Assembly: GCA_964247055.1 (NCBI GenBank)
Contig: OZ176057.1
Location: 4,836,001 to 4,900,000, forward strand
Direction of reading: 5' to 3'
Length of the DNA: 64,000 nt
Source: Paragordius varius
Lineage: Eukaryota > Animalia > Nematomorpha
In this document: positions 1 through 13,101 of the stretch, in pieces
How positions within the stretch are numbered: the first letter of the stretch is position 1
Layout of the letters: each line of letters opens with the position of its first letter
The notes under the pieces: generated by a model
What the model was told of the DNA's origin: nothing
Seen by the model: the letters and a program-made list of their open reading frames with translations, nothing else
Databases searched by the model: none
Translations under genes and position numbers: made by a program

Positions 1-440
1 ATATCGATAAAAATTTTCTAGTTTACACCATTTGCTAGTTAAAATCAAATTAAATACCATAAAATCTAATAAATGGTACAAGGGCATAGAAAAGCACTTT
101 GAGGGCCGCGGTTTAGTATTATTGATCTAACATATATTAAAACTGCTGAATTTAATTCGTACTTTAGGCAAATATATTAAAAAATTACCTCTAAACATAA
201 TTTATGTTAGATAATTATTGATTTAGAAACTTCAGGCAAAAAATTAATTTATTATTTGACAAATATTTATAGACATTTTAATATTTGACTAATAAAAAAT
301 AACACATTGATTTACTTTCTTCGTCATAATAGTATGGTAATATTATTTGCAAGACAAAAAGGCAATGCTTTCATTTCTCAACTTCAGTCAAAAAATTTAA
401 GTTATAAATGTGTAAAATTGACTCTAGGTTAAAGGTAATA

Positions 441-447
<7 letters not shown>

Positions 448-491
<44 letters not shown>
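448..491. repeat. (TA)n microsatellite
   Basis: Uninterrupted TA run immediately left of the family-P element. Confidence 0.95.
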
Positions 492-494
<3 letters not shown>

Positions 495-497
<3 letters not shown>

Positions 498-1726
498 TGT
501 GTGCAAAAAAGAGGGTCATTTTGATTTAACGAAAAAATGTTTTTCATGAGATAGCTTATGACCAGCGTATTCATTTGCCGCAAAAAATTTTATTTGTTGA
601 CAACCTAGTTTTTGAAATATTGAGAGAAAATCGAAATCGGGCAAAAAGTAAAAATTAAGAATTAAGGATAATTCAAAAAATAATGATAAAATTTAAAATA
701 TTATGGTTTATTATCAGATATTTTTAATATATAAATAGCCTAAATTCATATAGTGGGTTTTTATTTAGGGTCAAAAAATGGCGTTTTTCTTTTATTTTAC
801 TTAAAAGACAATAAATTTAATGAAACTATATTAAAATAATTTTTTTTAATTATTTACTACCTAAACTCACTAATCTTAACATTCATATTTTATTAAAATA
901 AACTTCTATATCAAAAAAACCAAAAATATTGGTTTTTATTTTTGCATTTTTTGTCATCTGGTTTATGAGTGTATAAAAAATTTATACTGTTTTATTTTGG
1001 ATTCTTAAATGAGTGGGGATTAAGTATATAATTTATGCAAAATAGGTTGAAAATTAGTGTATCAACCAACAATCTTACGATTTCCTGTAACAAGTCTGTT
1101 TTATGACAACTTAATATTTGTATTGGGATTTGTACGGATTGTTGGTTGATATTCCACTAATTTTCAATCCTGTTTTGCATAAATTATATAATTAATTATT
1201 CCCACTCATTTAAGAATCCAAAATAAAACAGTATAAATTTTTTAAACACTCATAAACCAGATGACAAAAAAATGCAAAAATAAAAAACAATATTTTTGGT
1301 TTTATTTTGATATATAAGTTTATTTTACTGAATAAAATATGATTATTAAGATTTTAATAGTTAGGTAGTAAATAATCAAAAAAAAATATTTTACTATAGT
1401 TTCATTTAATTTTTGTCTTTTGTGAAAGAAAAACGCCATCTTTTGACCTGAAATTTTATAGAAACCCTAACAATATGATTTTAGGCTATTTATATATTGA
1501 AAATATCTCCTAAAAGGATAATAATTCATAATATTTCAAATTTTATCATTATATTTTATCCTTAATTATTTTTAATTTTCACTTTTTGCCCGATTTCGAT
1601 TTTCTTTCAATATTTCAAAAACTAGGGTGTCAACAAATAAAAATTTTTGCGGCAAATGAATACGCTGGTCATTAGCTATCTCATGAAAAAAAAATATTTT
1701 CGTTAAAAATTTTTTTGCACACAGTG
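495..1726. mobile_element. Fold-back MITE, family P (~1.23 kb, TA target duplication, Tc1/mariner-like ends)
   Basis: TA|CACTGTGTGCAAAAAA ... TTTTTTGCACACAGTG|TA. Arms (~495-1075 and ~1137-1726) are reverse complements around a ~60-nt loop. Relatives at 25398-26040, 39918-40983 and ~3215-3360. No ORF. Confidence 0.9.
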
Positions 1727-3214
1727 TATATATTTTGAAGTAGTTTTATATCCATCTTGTAAAAAAACTACTGTTTTAGTGTTATGCATAAATGCAATTA
1801 TCAAACATTACTCCCCTCTATTTAAATATAAAAGCTCTATTTTACAAAGGATTATATATATAGAGTCTAAAATCGGGACAGTTTATCAAGTGTGTGCTGG
1901 TAAGCTTTGTATTCGCATTTATTAACAATATACATTTATTTTGTTGTATTCGCTATTTAAAAAACAATGGCGGCAAATGAGATTAGAATTTTTTATGATT
2001 GTACATTTTTTAAAAAAAACAAGCGCCCAATGGCAGTTTAAATCTTAAATAATATTTTATAACTTGAAAAAGAGAAATGTTAAAGTACATGTCATTCTAA
2101 AAAACAACCATCCATTTTTGAAATTTTTATTGTTATTTTATCATGTCGTCTGGTTATTGTAGAACAGACCATTACTTTTAGGAAAGTTTTATATCCTAGA
2201 GCGATTTTAATTTGAATGTTGAAAAAGGTATTTCTATTAGGCCGAATTAAAAGATATGCTTTCTTTAGCCTTTTAGGCGCCATATACAAATTTTTTTTCA
2301 TAATATGAGAAATTAAAAAATTTTCCTCATCTCAGACTTTTTGCACCCATATTATTTATAAATTTTTTTCGCTAATTTAACAGTATGGTTAGAAAATAAA
2401 ATATTTAACTTCAAAGTTTCAGGCTAGATTTTAACAGCAAAACTTGATATAATTTGATTTGATATCAGTTCGCAATCGTATTTTGGAATTGTGCCAATAG
2501 ACTCTAGAACTCAAAAAACTGTAAGAAATATAAGCTTTCCTACTAATAATACAGTTTAATAATTTAATTTCAACTAATATAGCTTTCAAAACAATAGTTA
2601 ACTCTAAAATTTAGCTTTATAAAAGTACACCAAATAGGACAAAAAGGTGAAAAGGTATGAAGGTTTATATACCTTTAAAATATAATAAAAATACTTGCAG
2701 AAACTGTAACTATCTTAAAAATATTTTATGCGGTCAATTGAAAAATTTTGATCATATTTATAGATAAAATACAAGGATTTTCGCAATAGCCATAATTCAG
2801 AGTCAGGCATAGAATATATCCGATAGTCAAAATTTTATAATCCATTTGGATTGCGAGTACATATATGTAAAAGTTTTTATAGTTAAGTTACAAATCATTT
2901 GCTCAAAACAATTAAACTGTATACTAATTAAATTTTTTTCTATAGTTAGCCAATAAATTTTACGACTTGCTGATTTACAAAAATTTATGTAACAAATGTC
3001 ATGTTAACTTATTTTTGGTATACAGTAAATATTAAAATTTGACAAAACGTAAAAAGTTAAAGACAAATCCTTAAATCAACCATATATTTATTTTCAACCC
3101 TAGATAATTTTTAAATAAACCTATATAGAAAAAATATCTTTAGTGTGTTACCTATTTACATATTTATTTATTTGGGCAAACAATTACTTATAATACTGGT
3201 AAAACATGTCTTAT

Positions 3215-3360
3215 GATGAGTGAATTTACTTGCCGCAAAAATTTTCATTTGTAGACCTACTTTTTAAAATATTGAGAGAAAATGGGAATCGGGTAAAAAG
3301 TGAAAAAGGATAATTAATAATAAAAAAAAGTTAAAAGTTAAAATGTTATAGTTGATTATA
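3215..3360. mobile_element. Family-P fragment
   Basis: Similar to the left arm of 495-1726 (ttgccgcaaaaatttt ... aatattgagagaaaat ... aatcggg ... aaaaagt). Confidence 0.55.
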
Positions 3361-3699
3361 CCTTATTTCAGTCAAAAGCATCACTCCAACGATAAAAAAT
3401 TTTCAGCAAACGCAACATTTTTTTAACCTAACGCAACAATTTTTCAAGCAAACGCAACATTTTTCCGAAAACTCAATTTTCGAGGTAAAAAATTTCATGA
3501 TGTGATAAAAACACATGCTTACTAATTGAGAGAAAGGTATGATACATCTAGCCCATTTAATATATATTTTTACCTTAAATATTGTAATTTAGACTCATCC
3601 TTATATATTAGTATATTTTTCAATCATTTATTATAATCATCTCATTATAATCTCCTATTATTTATTCTCGTTATATTAATCTATCAAACCAAGCTATCA

Positions 3700-6010
3700 C
3701 AATTTTGCCTATTCCAATAATTCAAACATTAAAATCAAGTAATTTAAATATAAAATTTGCCACCTGGAATCTTAAAGTTGCTAATAATAATAATAGTAAA
3801 ATTGATTTACTAATAAACGAAATGATAAAATACAACATCGTACTCGGTGTATCTAAAACACATATCCCTACTAATGGCATCTTATAATTCGAAAATCAAA
3901 TAGTATTTTATTCCGGACACAACACTCTCAATAACAATGGTAGAGGTATCATAACAAAAGCAAATTTATCATGCATCTACAATCCTATCTACGAACGTAT
4001 GATATCAATACGGATCCAAACTACACCCCAACCCATAACAATCTTCCAAATCTACGCTCCAACCCAGCCACTCCAAATGCGAAACGTTATGCAGTGAGCT
4101 AGAAACAGCAATAAAGCGAGTACCAATAAAAGATATTCTATTTCTCCTTGGTGATTTTAACAGCATTATTGGTGAGGATAACACATACCCTGTTACAGGA
4201 AGGACTGGGAACAAAAAACGACAGAGGCGATCGATTCATTGAATGTTGTCAAAGTCATAAATTTTTTATAGCAAACACTGTAATCAACCCAAAAGACGCC
4301 TTTACACATGGCGTTCACCGTGCCGAAAATACCGTATCAAATTAATTTTATAATTGGTATGAATAATATTAAAGTTCATTCCAAAACGTTAAATGTTATC
4401 CCGGCTCTGATTGCTGCAGTGATCACAACCTTTTAGTTGCTAAAACTGTGCAGCAAAATCCTACTACCCAAGAAGCCTAAAACATTTCGTAAAAGACTAG
4501 ATTATAATGCCATCGATTATAATTTTAGGATTACATTATATAATCAATTTAATAGTCTTGACCACCCAAAAAATTGTCAAAACATTGAAAGTATATGGGA
4601 TTCAATACACACAATCTGCAAAAATACAGCCGATGAATTATCGCCTTACAAATTATCCAAACATAAAATTAAACTATCAGCAAATCGTCTTGCCACAGCT
4701 GAAGAACGCAGATTAGCAAACAAAGGGAATTGGTGTGAATATATAATTTTAAACAGCAATTTTCAGAATAGCATTACGACGGATAAAAACAATCACTATA
4801 ATACATGGTGTGAAAAGCTAAAAACCGAAGCCAAAAACAATCAAAACTTTTTTGCCCAAACAAAACAGATTGAAAAAAACAAAAATTATAATTACCGCGG
4901 CCCCATGAGAAACGCTGATAAAGCCAAAATCTTATAAACTTGGCATGATCATATATCCCACCTCTATGAAATAGAAACCACGAAAATTTTTAATGAAAGC
5001 ACGCGTGAAAAAGATCCTCCCTGGTTAAGAGAAGTAGAATGGGCTGTAAATCATTCGGCCACTGGTAAAGCAGAGGCTCACAATGATGTGCCAGCTTAAA
5101 TCATAAAACCTATCCCGCTGGATATCCTCCACGATTTTTTTTCCAAGAATTTTTTACTCGGAAAAAATTCATGAAGATTGGGATAAATTTATTTTGATAC
5201 CTATTCTAAAAAAAGGAAATCCCGAAATATGCAAGAATTATAGAACAATATTTCTCACAAACTAAATGTCTAAAATTTTCTTGAAAATCCAAAAACGCCT
5301 TCAATCTATTTTAGAGAAATATCACCTACCCAGGCTGGTTTTCGAAAAGGGCGAGGATGTAGAGATAGGATAGCCAATATGAGATGGATAATGGAGAAAC
5401 ATAGAGAATTTAATAAGGAAATCCATATGTGAGTTGTGGATTTTTCCATGGCTTTTGATTCCAACATAATCATTTACTTACATTCTTGAAAGAGCTAGGG
5501 GTTTCAACTCATTTAATTAACATAATATTCCCAATTTACTCGAATTCGACTGCTATGGTTTCCATAAATCATGGGGTAACTGATTTATCTATGGTGAATG
5601 TGGGATTATGTCAGAACTGCGTCTTATCACCTATAACGCAGATCTTAAATACATTATGAGAAACATACCCAATTCATTCGGCATTCAGGTTGGAAGCTCT
5701 GATCTAACTTCTATTCACTATGCAGACGATACGGTTATCTTCGCAGACAACCCAAAATCATTGACTCTCATCAACAGTTTGTAGATGAGTGTCAAAAGTA
5801 TAGGCTACAGATCAATCTTTCAAAAACAAAGATCATACAAATTAACCCAAAAGTTGCAAACTACAATAATCGTTAACGGGAACTTTATTGAAATAGTCAA
5901 AAGTTACACATATCTTGGGATAACACGTGATGATAATATTTGTACTCCCGAGATAAAACGAAGGATAGCCATGGCCAAAACGGCCGCAAATAATTATCTG
6001 GGCATCCCAT
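3700..6010 (+). mobile_element. Decayed non-LTR retrotransposon (LINE, RTE-like): AP endonuclease + reverse transcriptase, multiple stops and frameshifts, 3' truncated
   Basis: Endonuclease motifs KFATWNL, QIYAPT, LGDFNSIIG, GLGTKNDRGDRFIECCQSHKFFIANT. RT-region motifs KKGNPEICKNYRTI, QAGFRKGRGCRDRIANMRWIMEKHREFNK, VDFSMAFD, YADD (5719-5730), YTYLG, EIKRRIAMAK. These lie in several plus frames. Confidence 0.9.
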
Positions 6011-7134
6011 GATGTCAGCATAAAAACTAAAATTCGACTTAGAAATGCAATCGTTAATGTTATATTGAAAAAATTTTATTTGTGCTTAAAAAAATGTTGC
6101 GTTTCGCCGACTGTATAATTCCCAAAATATAATATGTAAAGCTTTCTAATACAATATAAATTCTGTTAAAATTATTATTTAACAATTTATATAATATCAA
6201 AACAAACAATTTTTCTTTTTAGTTACATTTTCAAGATACAGCTAAATTTATTGACAAAACTCAGATTCTCTTCTATTTATATTCTAAATTTCGTTAATCA
6301 TTGTTATGTATGGCCTTATCAGAAATTTTACTAAATAATTGGCGATAAAAGGACTGAATAAAGAGTAGGATTTTTAAATTTTATTTATTGATATATAAGA
6401 CATAGAATTTTTTACAAATAAAAAGTTTCCGGTAATGTTTAGTACCAAGAGAATTATAACAATTGAGATGACGACAAAAAAGTTCAGTTATTCAAATTAT
6501 TGTAAAATTTTCAACTTTTCATTCGTACGTATAAATTAGAAGAAATTTTACAGCGAACCATATTTTACTTTTATGTTATGAGCAACGTTATCTATCTTAT
6601 TGGACTCTAAAAACCGAAATTACCATTTTTAAGACCGTCTCAATTTTATTACGCTCATGTCAAAAAATTTTGTTGAACTAAGAAATAAAGTTGATTTAAA
6701 TACTTTATGATTAACTAATTAACTGAAAAAAGGCGACTAAAATGAACTGTATCATTAACAATGGCAACTATATGCGTTTTATTTTAGCATGGTATTATTA
6801 AAAAGTAGTTACATTTTAACACATATTTGGTAACAATCGATCGGCAATAATTAATATTCGTGCATCAAAAACTATAAAAACTTTAATATATATCTTAAAT
6901 CAATTTGTGACTTAATTGGACAGATAAAAGAAAACTGTCAATTATTTTTTAGTTGATTATATTTATTCTAAAAATTTATATATAAATATAATTTTAGAGT
7001 ATTTATTAATTTGGTATTATAATAAAGTGATGTTTAATAATTTCGAAAACCCTTGCATAGATATATTTGAGTTACATATAAAATAAAACTTAAAAGCATG
7101 CATACACACATAATACGAAAAAGATATTTAAAAA

Positions 7135-10100
7135 TTAATTTATGGTGAATCTGGAACTGCCTGGTCGTACTGATCCTTTTGTAGTAAAGCGAAAAGTTCG
7201 AGTGCTGTCAGTTAGAGTTTTCGTCGTTGCATTAGATCTAAAATCAAAAGTATCAAGACTTGTAACTGCATTAAAGCTATCAGTGGTTGATGAGTCTTTA
7301 GATTTCCTGGTGGATGTGATATCAGAATTATCCTGCGGAAATATACTGGCCTCCGTGCTTACTATATCTGTTTTGGTTGTTTTAGCCACCTTTGTGACCG
7401 GTATAATTTCATCGCTAACAGAGATGGGATTAATATCATTGACCGTTGTGGGAATAATTAAATTATCTGCGGTTGTCGTTCTTCTTGGCCCCCTTGTAGA
7501 CTCCGATGTTTCCGAAGCAAGGTTATCGACAAAAGAAGTTGTTGTTATTTTAACTCTAGCAATTGGGGTTTCTGTAATAGGGGTGTCTGTTACCACCTGG
7601 ATATTATCTACTGTTTCAAAAGCCGTAGTCGTTCTTATTCTTTTGGTTATGTCATTACTTGTATCTGTAGCATCTGTAGGCAAAGTATCTGAGTTCGAGG
7701 TAATAAGCCTTTTAGAGCTTATAGTAGCTGGTGTATCAGTTGTTTCTAAACTAGCTGCAAATGATTCAGCACTATTATTTATATCTCCTACTGTTGCGCT
7801 GCTAGTCTTTGATTTTTGAGCTGTAGTTGCATCAGTGCTTATATCTATAAAGTCATTGACATCAGAAGTTGTAGTCCTTCTAGGACTTCTTGTGGAGGGT
7901 GCTTCGGTTGTATATGGTTTGGTAGTCAAATCTTGTTTGTTGATACTGTTTATGTTGTTATTCACATTTTCAACAGCATCGTTTGCATTTATTTTTCCAT
8001 TATTCGAATTAATAACGGGTAAAATGGTATCTTCTTGAGCAGGCGTACTTTTTGAAAATGAGGTTACCGTCAGTGTATCTGAATTTAATTTTATAGCTGT
8101 TGATTCAGTCGTCGTTCTCCTAAACCTTGGGGTTGTGTCGATACTTATTATATTGTCAATATTATCGATATTAGAGACCGCGTTATTTTTTGAGTTTCTT
8201 TGGGGGGTTCCAGTTACTTCTGTATTGGAAAGGCTTATGAAATCGTTATTGCCATTTATTTTTTTAGTTTCTGTGGATTCCGTCGCAGTCGTTTTTCTAA
8301 CTCTTGGGGTAGTTTCAATACTTATTAAAGAATCAATATTGTTATTATCCTTATCATTGCCATCCGCGATATTTTTTGAATTTATTTGGGTTTCCGTTAC
8401 CTCTGGAGTATTGGCAATGGTTAAGCCCAAATCGTTAAAATTTTCTTGATCAATATTGTTTTTATTATTGTTTTTCAGATTTATCGCTATGAATCCATTA
8501 TTTTCATCATTATAAAATAAATCATTGCTTAATTTATTATTATTAGTGTTGGAATTACTTGTTTCTATTAGATTTTCTCTATCTTGATCTAGATTACCCG
8601 TATCTGAATCTTGATCAGGATTATATTGTAAACTATTTTGATTATATCGAGCTCCCGGGTTATTTGATCCAAAGTTTTCTTCGATCGAATTGTATGAATC
8701 TATATTATCGTTTCCTCTTGTTCTGCTAAAAAAATTGGGCAAATTATTTAATCCTTCAATATTATCATTGTCTTGCGTTTTAGCAAATTCATCATTTTGG
8801 AATCGGTTATTCTCTGGCCCTGGAAAATAATTAGAATCTGTTACGTAATAATTATGTAAATAATTGACTTTAGAAGGACATGGGCAACTTTGTTTGTAAG
8901 GTATATCCTTATTAATAGCATCACAATTATTATTTTTTAGTATTATGTCTACAAATTTTAAAATTTTTGCGGTATCCACATTTTGGGAGGTGCCAGAATG
9001 CTCCAATTCTTGTAAACCTTCTTCTATAATCTTGCTTACATCGTTGTAACCATTTTGATTATTAATTTTTTCCATCTTTATCTTATTCTTTTTGCTCTTT
9101 TTACATTTTTTATTTTTGCGTGTTTTAAAGTTTGGTTTTTTGTTTCCCGCTTCCTCTTTCAAAATTACAAATTTAACGCATTTCCCCTTTTTAATAGTAG
9201 GTAAATAATTTTTTTCCATTTGACCATTACTTTTTTCTGATTGAGCATTAGAAAATATTTCATATTCACCTTTTTTTGATTGTGAATAATTATCTAAATT
9301 TGTTTCTATGTTATCAACATCGTTAAAGGAATTTTGTTCCGAAATTTTAGTGATTTGCTTTTCCTCATAGTTATCACGCATCTTTTTGTCAGTTGCATTA
9401 ATATCTGGGAGAGATTGGCATGATTTTGTTTTCAGATATGTCGGACCATTATTTATTTTAGACAGATATCCAATTATTTTATCTAATTTAGTAACGAAAT
9501 CATCCAAATTGTTACTAAATTTTTCGCCTTTAGAGCCTAATACAATTTTTTCACACTTTTTAGTTTCAGATTTAGGGTTTGAAAAAATTTGTGCACGTGA
9601 TTTACCATTAGGAAAATTTTCAGGATTAAAATTCTTGTAATATGGATTTGAATTTTTATTAAAACCATTTGATAATTTATTAGATCTAACATTACCATCG
9701 TCTACCCTAATAGACGATTTTTTAGCATTGTGTTGAATGTATAATTTGATTGCTTGTTGTTTAGGGAAATTACTTTGTTGCTGCTGTCTATTATAATAAT
9801 TATTTTTAAATATGCGATTATTTGTGGGGTATTGCGTATTCCGGAATGATGCTGGTAACCTTTGCTCAAATTTTGTGTCTTCTGAAGCATAAATATTCTC
9901 TTTAACATTGGAAATGAGCGGCACATTTTTAAAAATCAAGTTATTTCTTCCACTAAGTTTATCATTAGATTGATAAACCCCATTTCTGTTTTCATCTGTC
10001 GACAAAATTTGAATGGGTAAGTTTTTTCGGTTGATCAACGCTCTATAAACCGTATTGGCATTCGGATCGCCTCTTATAGTATTTTCCTCTCTGACATTAT

Positions 10101-11165
10101 TTACATTACGGATAAGAGACTCTTTAGATAGTAAATTATCATTATTTGTATCACGGCCAATATCCAAATTATTAATATTGCGGAGAAGGGAATTTGATTG
10201 AGAAATTATATTATCATTATTCTCATTTTGTAATTTATCTGGGCTTTTTTCAAAAGTGACGCGTCGCAATTGATAAGCATTTGGTGAGATTTGGATGATT
10301 CTCTCATTTTCATTTATTTGATTCATTTCAGGTTCTTCCTCATAATTAGAAGCTGTATTAAGAGCGGACATTCTGAAACCATCATCATTATTATCATTAG
10401 GGTTATTCATTCCTAAATATCTCTGATTATAAGCAATTTTATCTGGTTGGCTGTTCCGATTAAAAACTAATTCTTCAGTCAGGCCGCCATCATCAACATT
10501 TATTACATTTTTGTCAAGCGATGATGTAGCCCTCTCACCGTAATTATTTCCGTCAATAGTAAGTGACGTTAATTGCCTATTTAAATCGTTCTTTTCGTTT
10601 GATTCTGAATTTGCAGATAGTGATCTCTGATTATAAGCCATTCCTCTTAGCTGATTGTTGTTATAATTAATGTAAGATTTGTCATTAGGGGTATCATTTT
10701 CAGCATCTAAGAAACTGTTGTCGAGATATGATGTGGGGTCTTTACTTCTAACGTTCTCCTCATTATTAATATCATACACATTTCCAGCATTAAAGGGTTC
10801 ATTTATACCATTTTGGTCATTAAATTCAGGTTGATCTTCAAATTTTATCCTAGGTAACTCATCATCATTATTATAATTAACAATGTCATTCTTGGAATTA
10901 TATTGATCGTACGCATTTAAAAGGATTAATGGACGCTGAAATCCATCATTGTTTAATATATCGGGGTTATTATTATTATTTCCGATAGTGGCCCTCTTGT
11001 TTCCCAATAAATTTGTGTCAGCAATATCATTAGCATTAACTAACTCATTAGCGGTTTTACCGTTTAGATCACGGAAGGTTTCGCTCTGATCGTCAAATCT
11101 ATTATTTCTTTCGAAATTGTTAAGCTGGTTGTATCTTAGTTGGCCATTTGCCTCTTGATTGTTAC
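7135..11165 (-). CDS. Large terminal exon of an uncharacterised Asn-rich / Thr-rich mucin-like protein (>1340 aa; upstream exon(s) not resolved)
   Basis: The 1290-codon ORF stays open upstream of the track's TTG at 11007. It reaches a 3' splice site (tttaatttatttacag|, exon starts 11165, phase 1). Stop TAA at 7137-7135. No recognisable domain. Confidence 0.8.
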
Positions 11166-12590
11166 CTGTAAATAAATTAAAGTATATACATGCATAATCG
11201 CAATTATTTACAATATATGCTACTATAAAATTTGTTGAGATAATTTATAGGAAACCAAATTTTGCCATATATTTTAAAAAATGAATCTGAAGTGATTTGG
11301 CTATATTTTAATGGATTAAAAATCCTTTAGTTTTTTATATTTCTATAATTTATTTAACAATTTAATTGCTTAAACTCTACATTTTCAAAAATATTAAATA
11401 TTGAAAATGAACCGGATTTTTTATCATACATTCATTTCGCTTATGTGGCATTAGATAATATGTTATAATTTTGATCTCGACCCATGTCACAAAGCAAATG
11501 TTGTAAAAATCAAATCTTTTATAGATTATTTAGAGCAAATACTTTTGTTTTGTACATTTCTAATGTTTATCAACATTGTTTAGTAACAATAAATATTATA
11601 AAACTACTATTTACTGTTTTAAATAGGTTTTAAAATATATTTATGTAGCATGCGGATACCTAAATTACAGACAATCAAGATTCACACTGTTCATTATTTT
11701 TTAAGTACAATTTTTTATATGCGATTACGGTTTTATATTGATTTACCATTCACATATTTTTATTGATGAAATACATTAAACTGTGTCATATTGATCGTTA
11801 AAAGTATTTTTGCGATAACATTATATCATTATTTTAGCACTAAAAAATAAAGAATAGGCCCAAATAGGTTAGGATTTAAATAAACTATAAAAACAAGTCC
11901 AAAAAAATGCGAATAAATGTTAATTAAATTTAAATGAGATTTATTGTGAAAGTGAGTTTATAATCAGATTATATATATTAATTTTAAAGGAATCTCGCCC
12001 CTAAAAGGTTTATAATTGACTTAATCAAAAGACAACACGAAATTTTTCTCTTTAGTCAAAAAATTATTATAAACTTTATAGCATAATCAAGGGGTATAGC
12101 TTATTTGGTGCAAAATGTAGGCCTTATCATCCCTAATAAAATTTGTTAAAGAAATATTTTTAAACATTAGTAGTAATTTTGTATAATTTTAATTGTTTTC
12201 TAGTTTCTTAGTAAAAAAAGGGGAGGGGGGGGGGATAGTTAGCTTACAGTTATTGGTGGTGTCAGGCTAATTTAAAAATAACATTGGTAATGGTGGTAAA
12301 AGGATCTCAATTTTATATTTCTATCTTAATTATAAATGAAATAAAATAAGGAACGTATATTTAAACTAGTAATTTTAAGAAAATTTTTGAAACTATTATT
12401 CAATAGGACATTTTTTATAATATTCTGTAATAATACCAAATTTCAAATTTTAGAATTAGAATTTTCCTTTTACATATTAAGCAATAATATGGGGAGAAAA
12501 AATACGGGGAAAAAATAGTTAGCAATATTTTTTATTTTAGCTTATTCAACCATTTAATATTATGGTCGAATTTTTTACGTTCTGGTTTAA

Positions 12591-13101
12591 TACATGGATA
12601 CAACACATTCATTTCAGTCCTTCGATTCGAATTAGGGTATTGGTGCCTGCTAAAAAAATATGGAATTTTGCACTTCTATAACCTTATTAAACCGGTATAT
12701 AAAAAAATTATTTAAAAATACTCGATATTGCTTATTTTAAGTTAAAAGTAAAAATTTAGTCAACAATCACATGTGTGCATTGGCTAATTTAAAAATAATA
12801 TAAAATTAACCACTTTTTCTATTTCTTTCAATGTTACATAATTAAATAAAAAAAAGTTTAATTTTAGCTTAAAAATAAAAAAACACGATATTTTGCAAAA
12901 AATCTTTTAAAATAAAATGGCGTCGAAATAGTTTGATATGGAACTTTTTTTTCAAAACTAAATTTTTTATAGATTTTTTGGCTTAAATTTTTATTAGAAT
13001 AGAAGCATATATTTAATTGTTTTTTTCATTAGATTTTAATTGAATCATATCAACTTAAATATAGTCTGGGGTGTTTAGATACCCCAATTTAAATCGAAGT
13101 G
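12591..13101 (+). mobile_element. MITE family B (TTAA target, piggyBac-like ends), diverged copy
   Basis: TTAA|tacatggatacaacac ... tcgaagtg|TTAG; colinear with 20641-21221. Confidence 0.8.

Noticed and set aside
7142-8449. Plus-strand ORFs 7142-7819, 7816-8022, 7835-8038, 8135-8449 (also 9386-9640) that look like membrane proteins
   Set aside because: They are antisense shadows of the Thr/Ser/Asn-rich minus-strand exon; ACN/AAY codons read as Val/Ile/Leu on the other strand.
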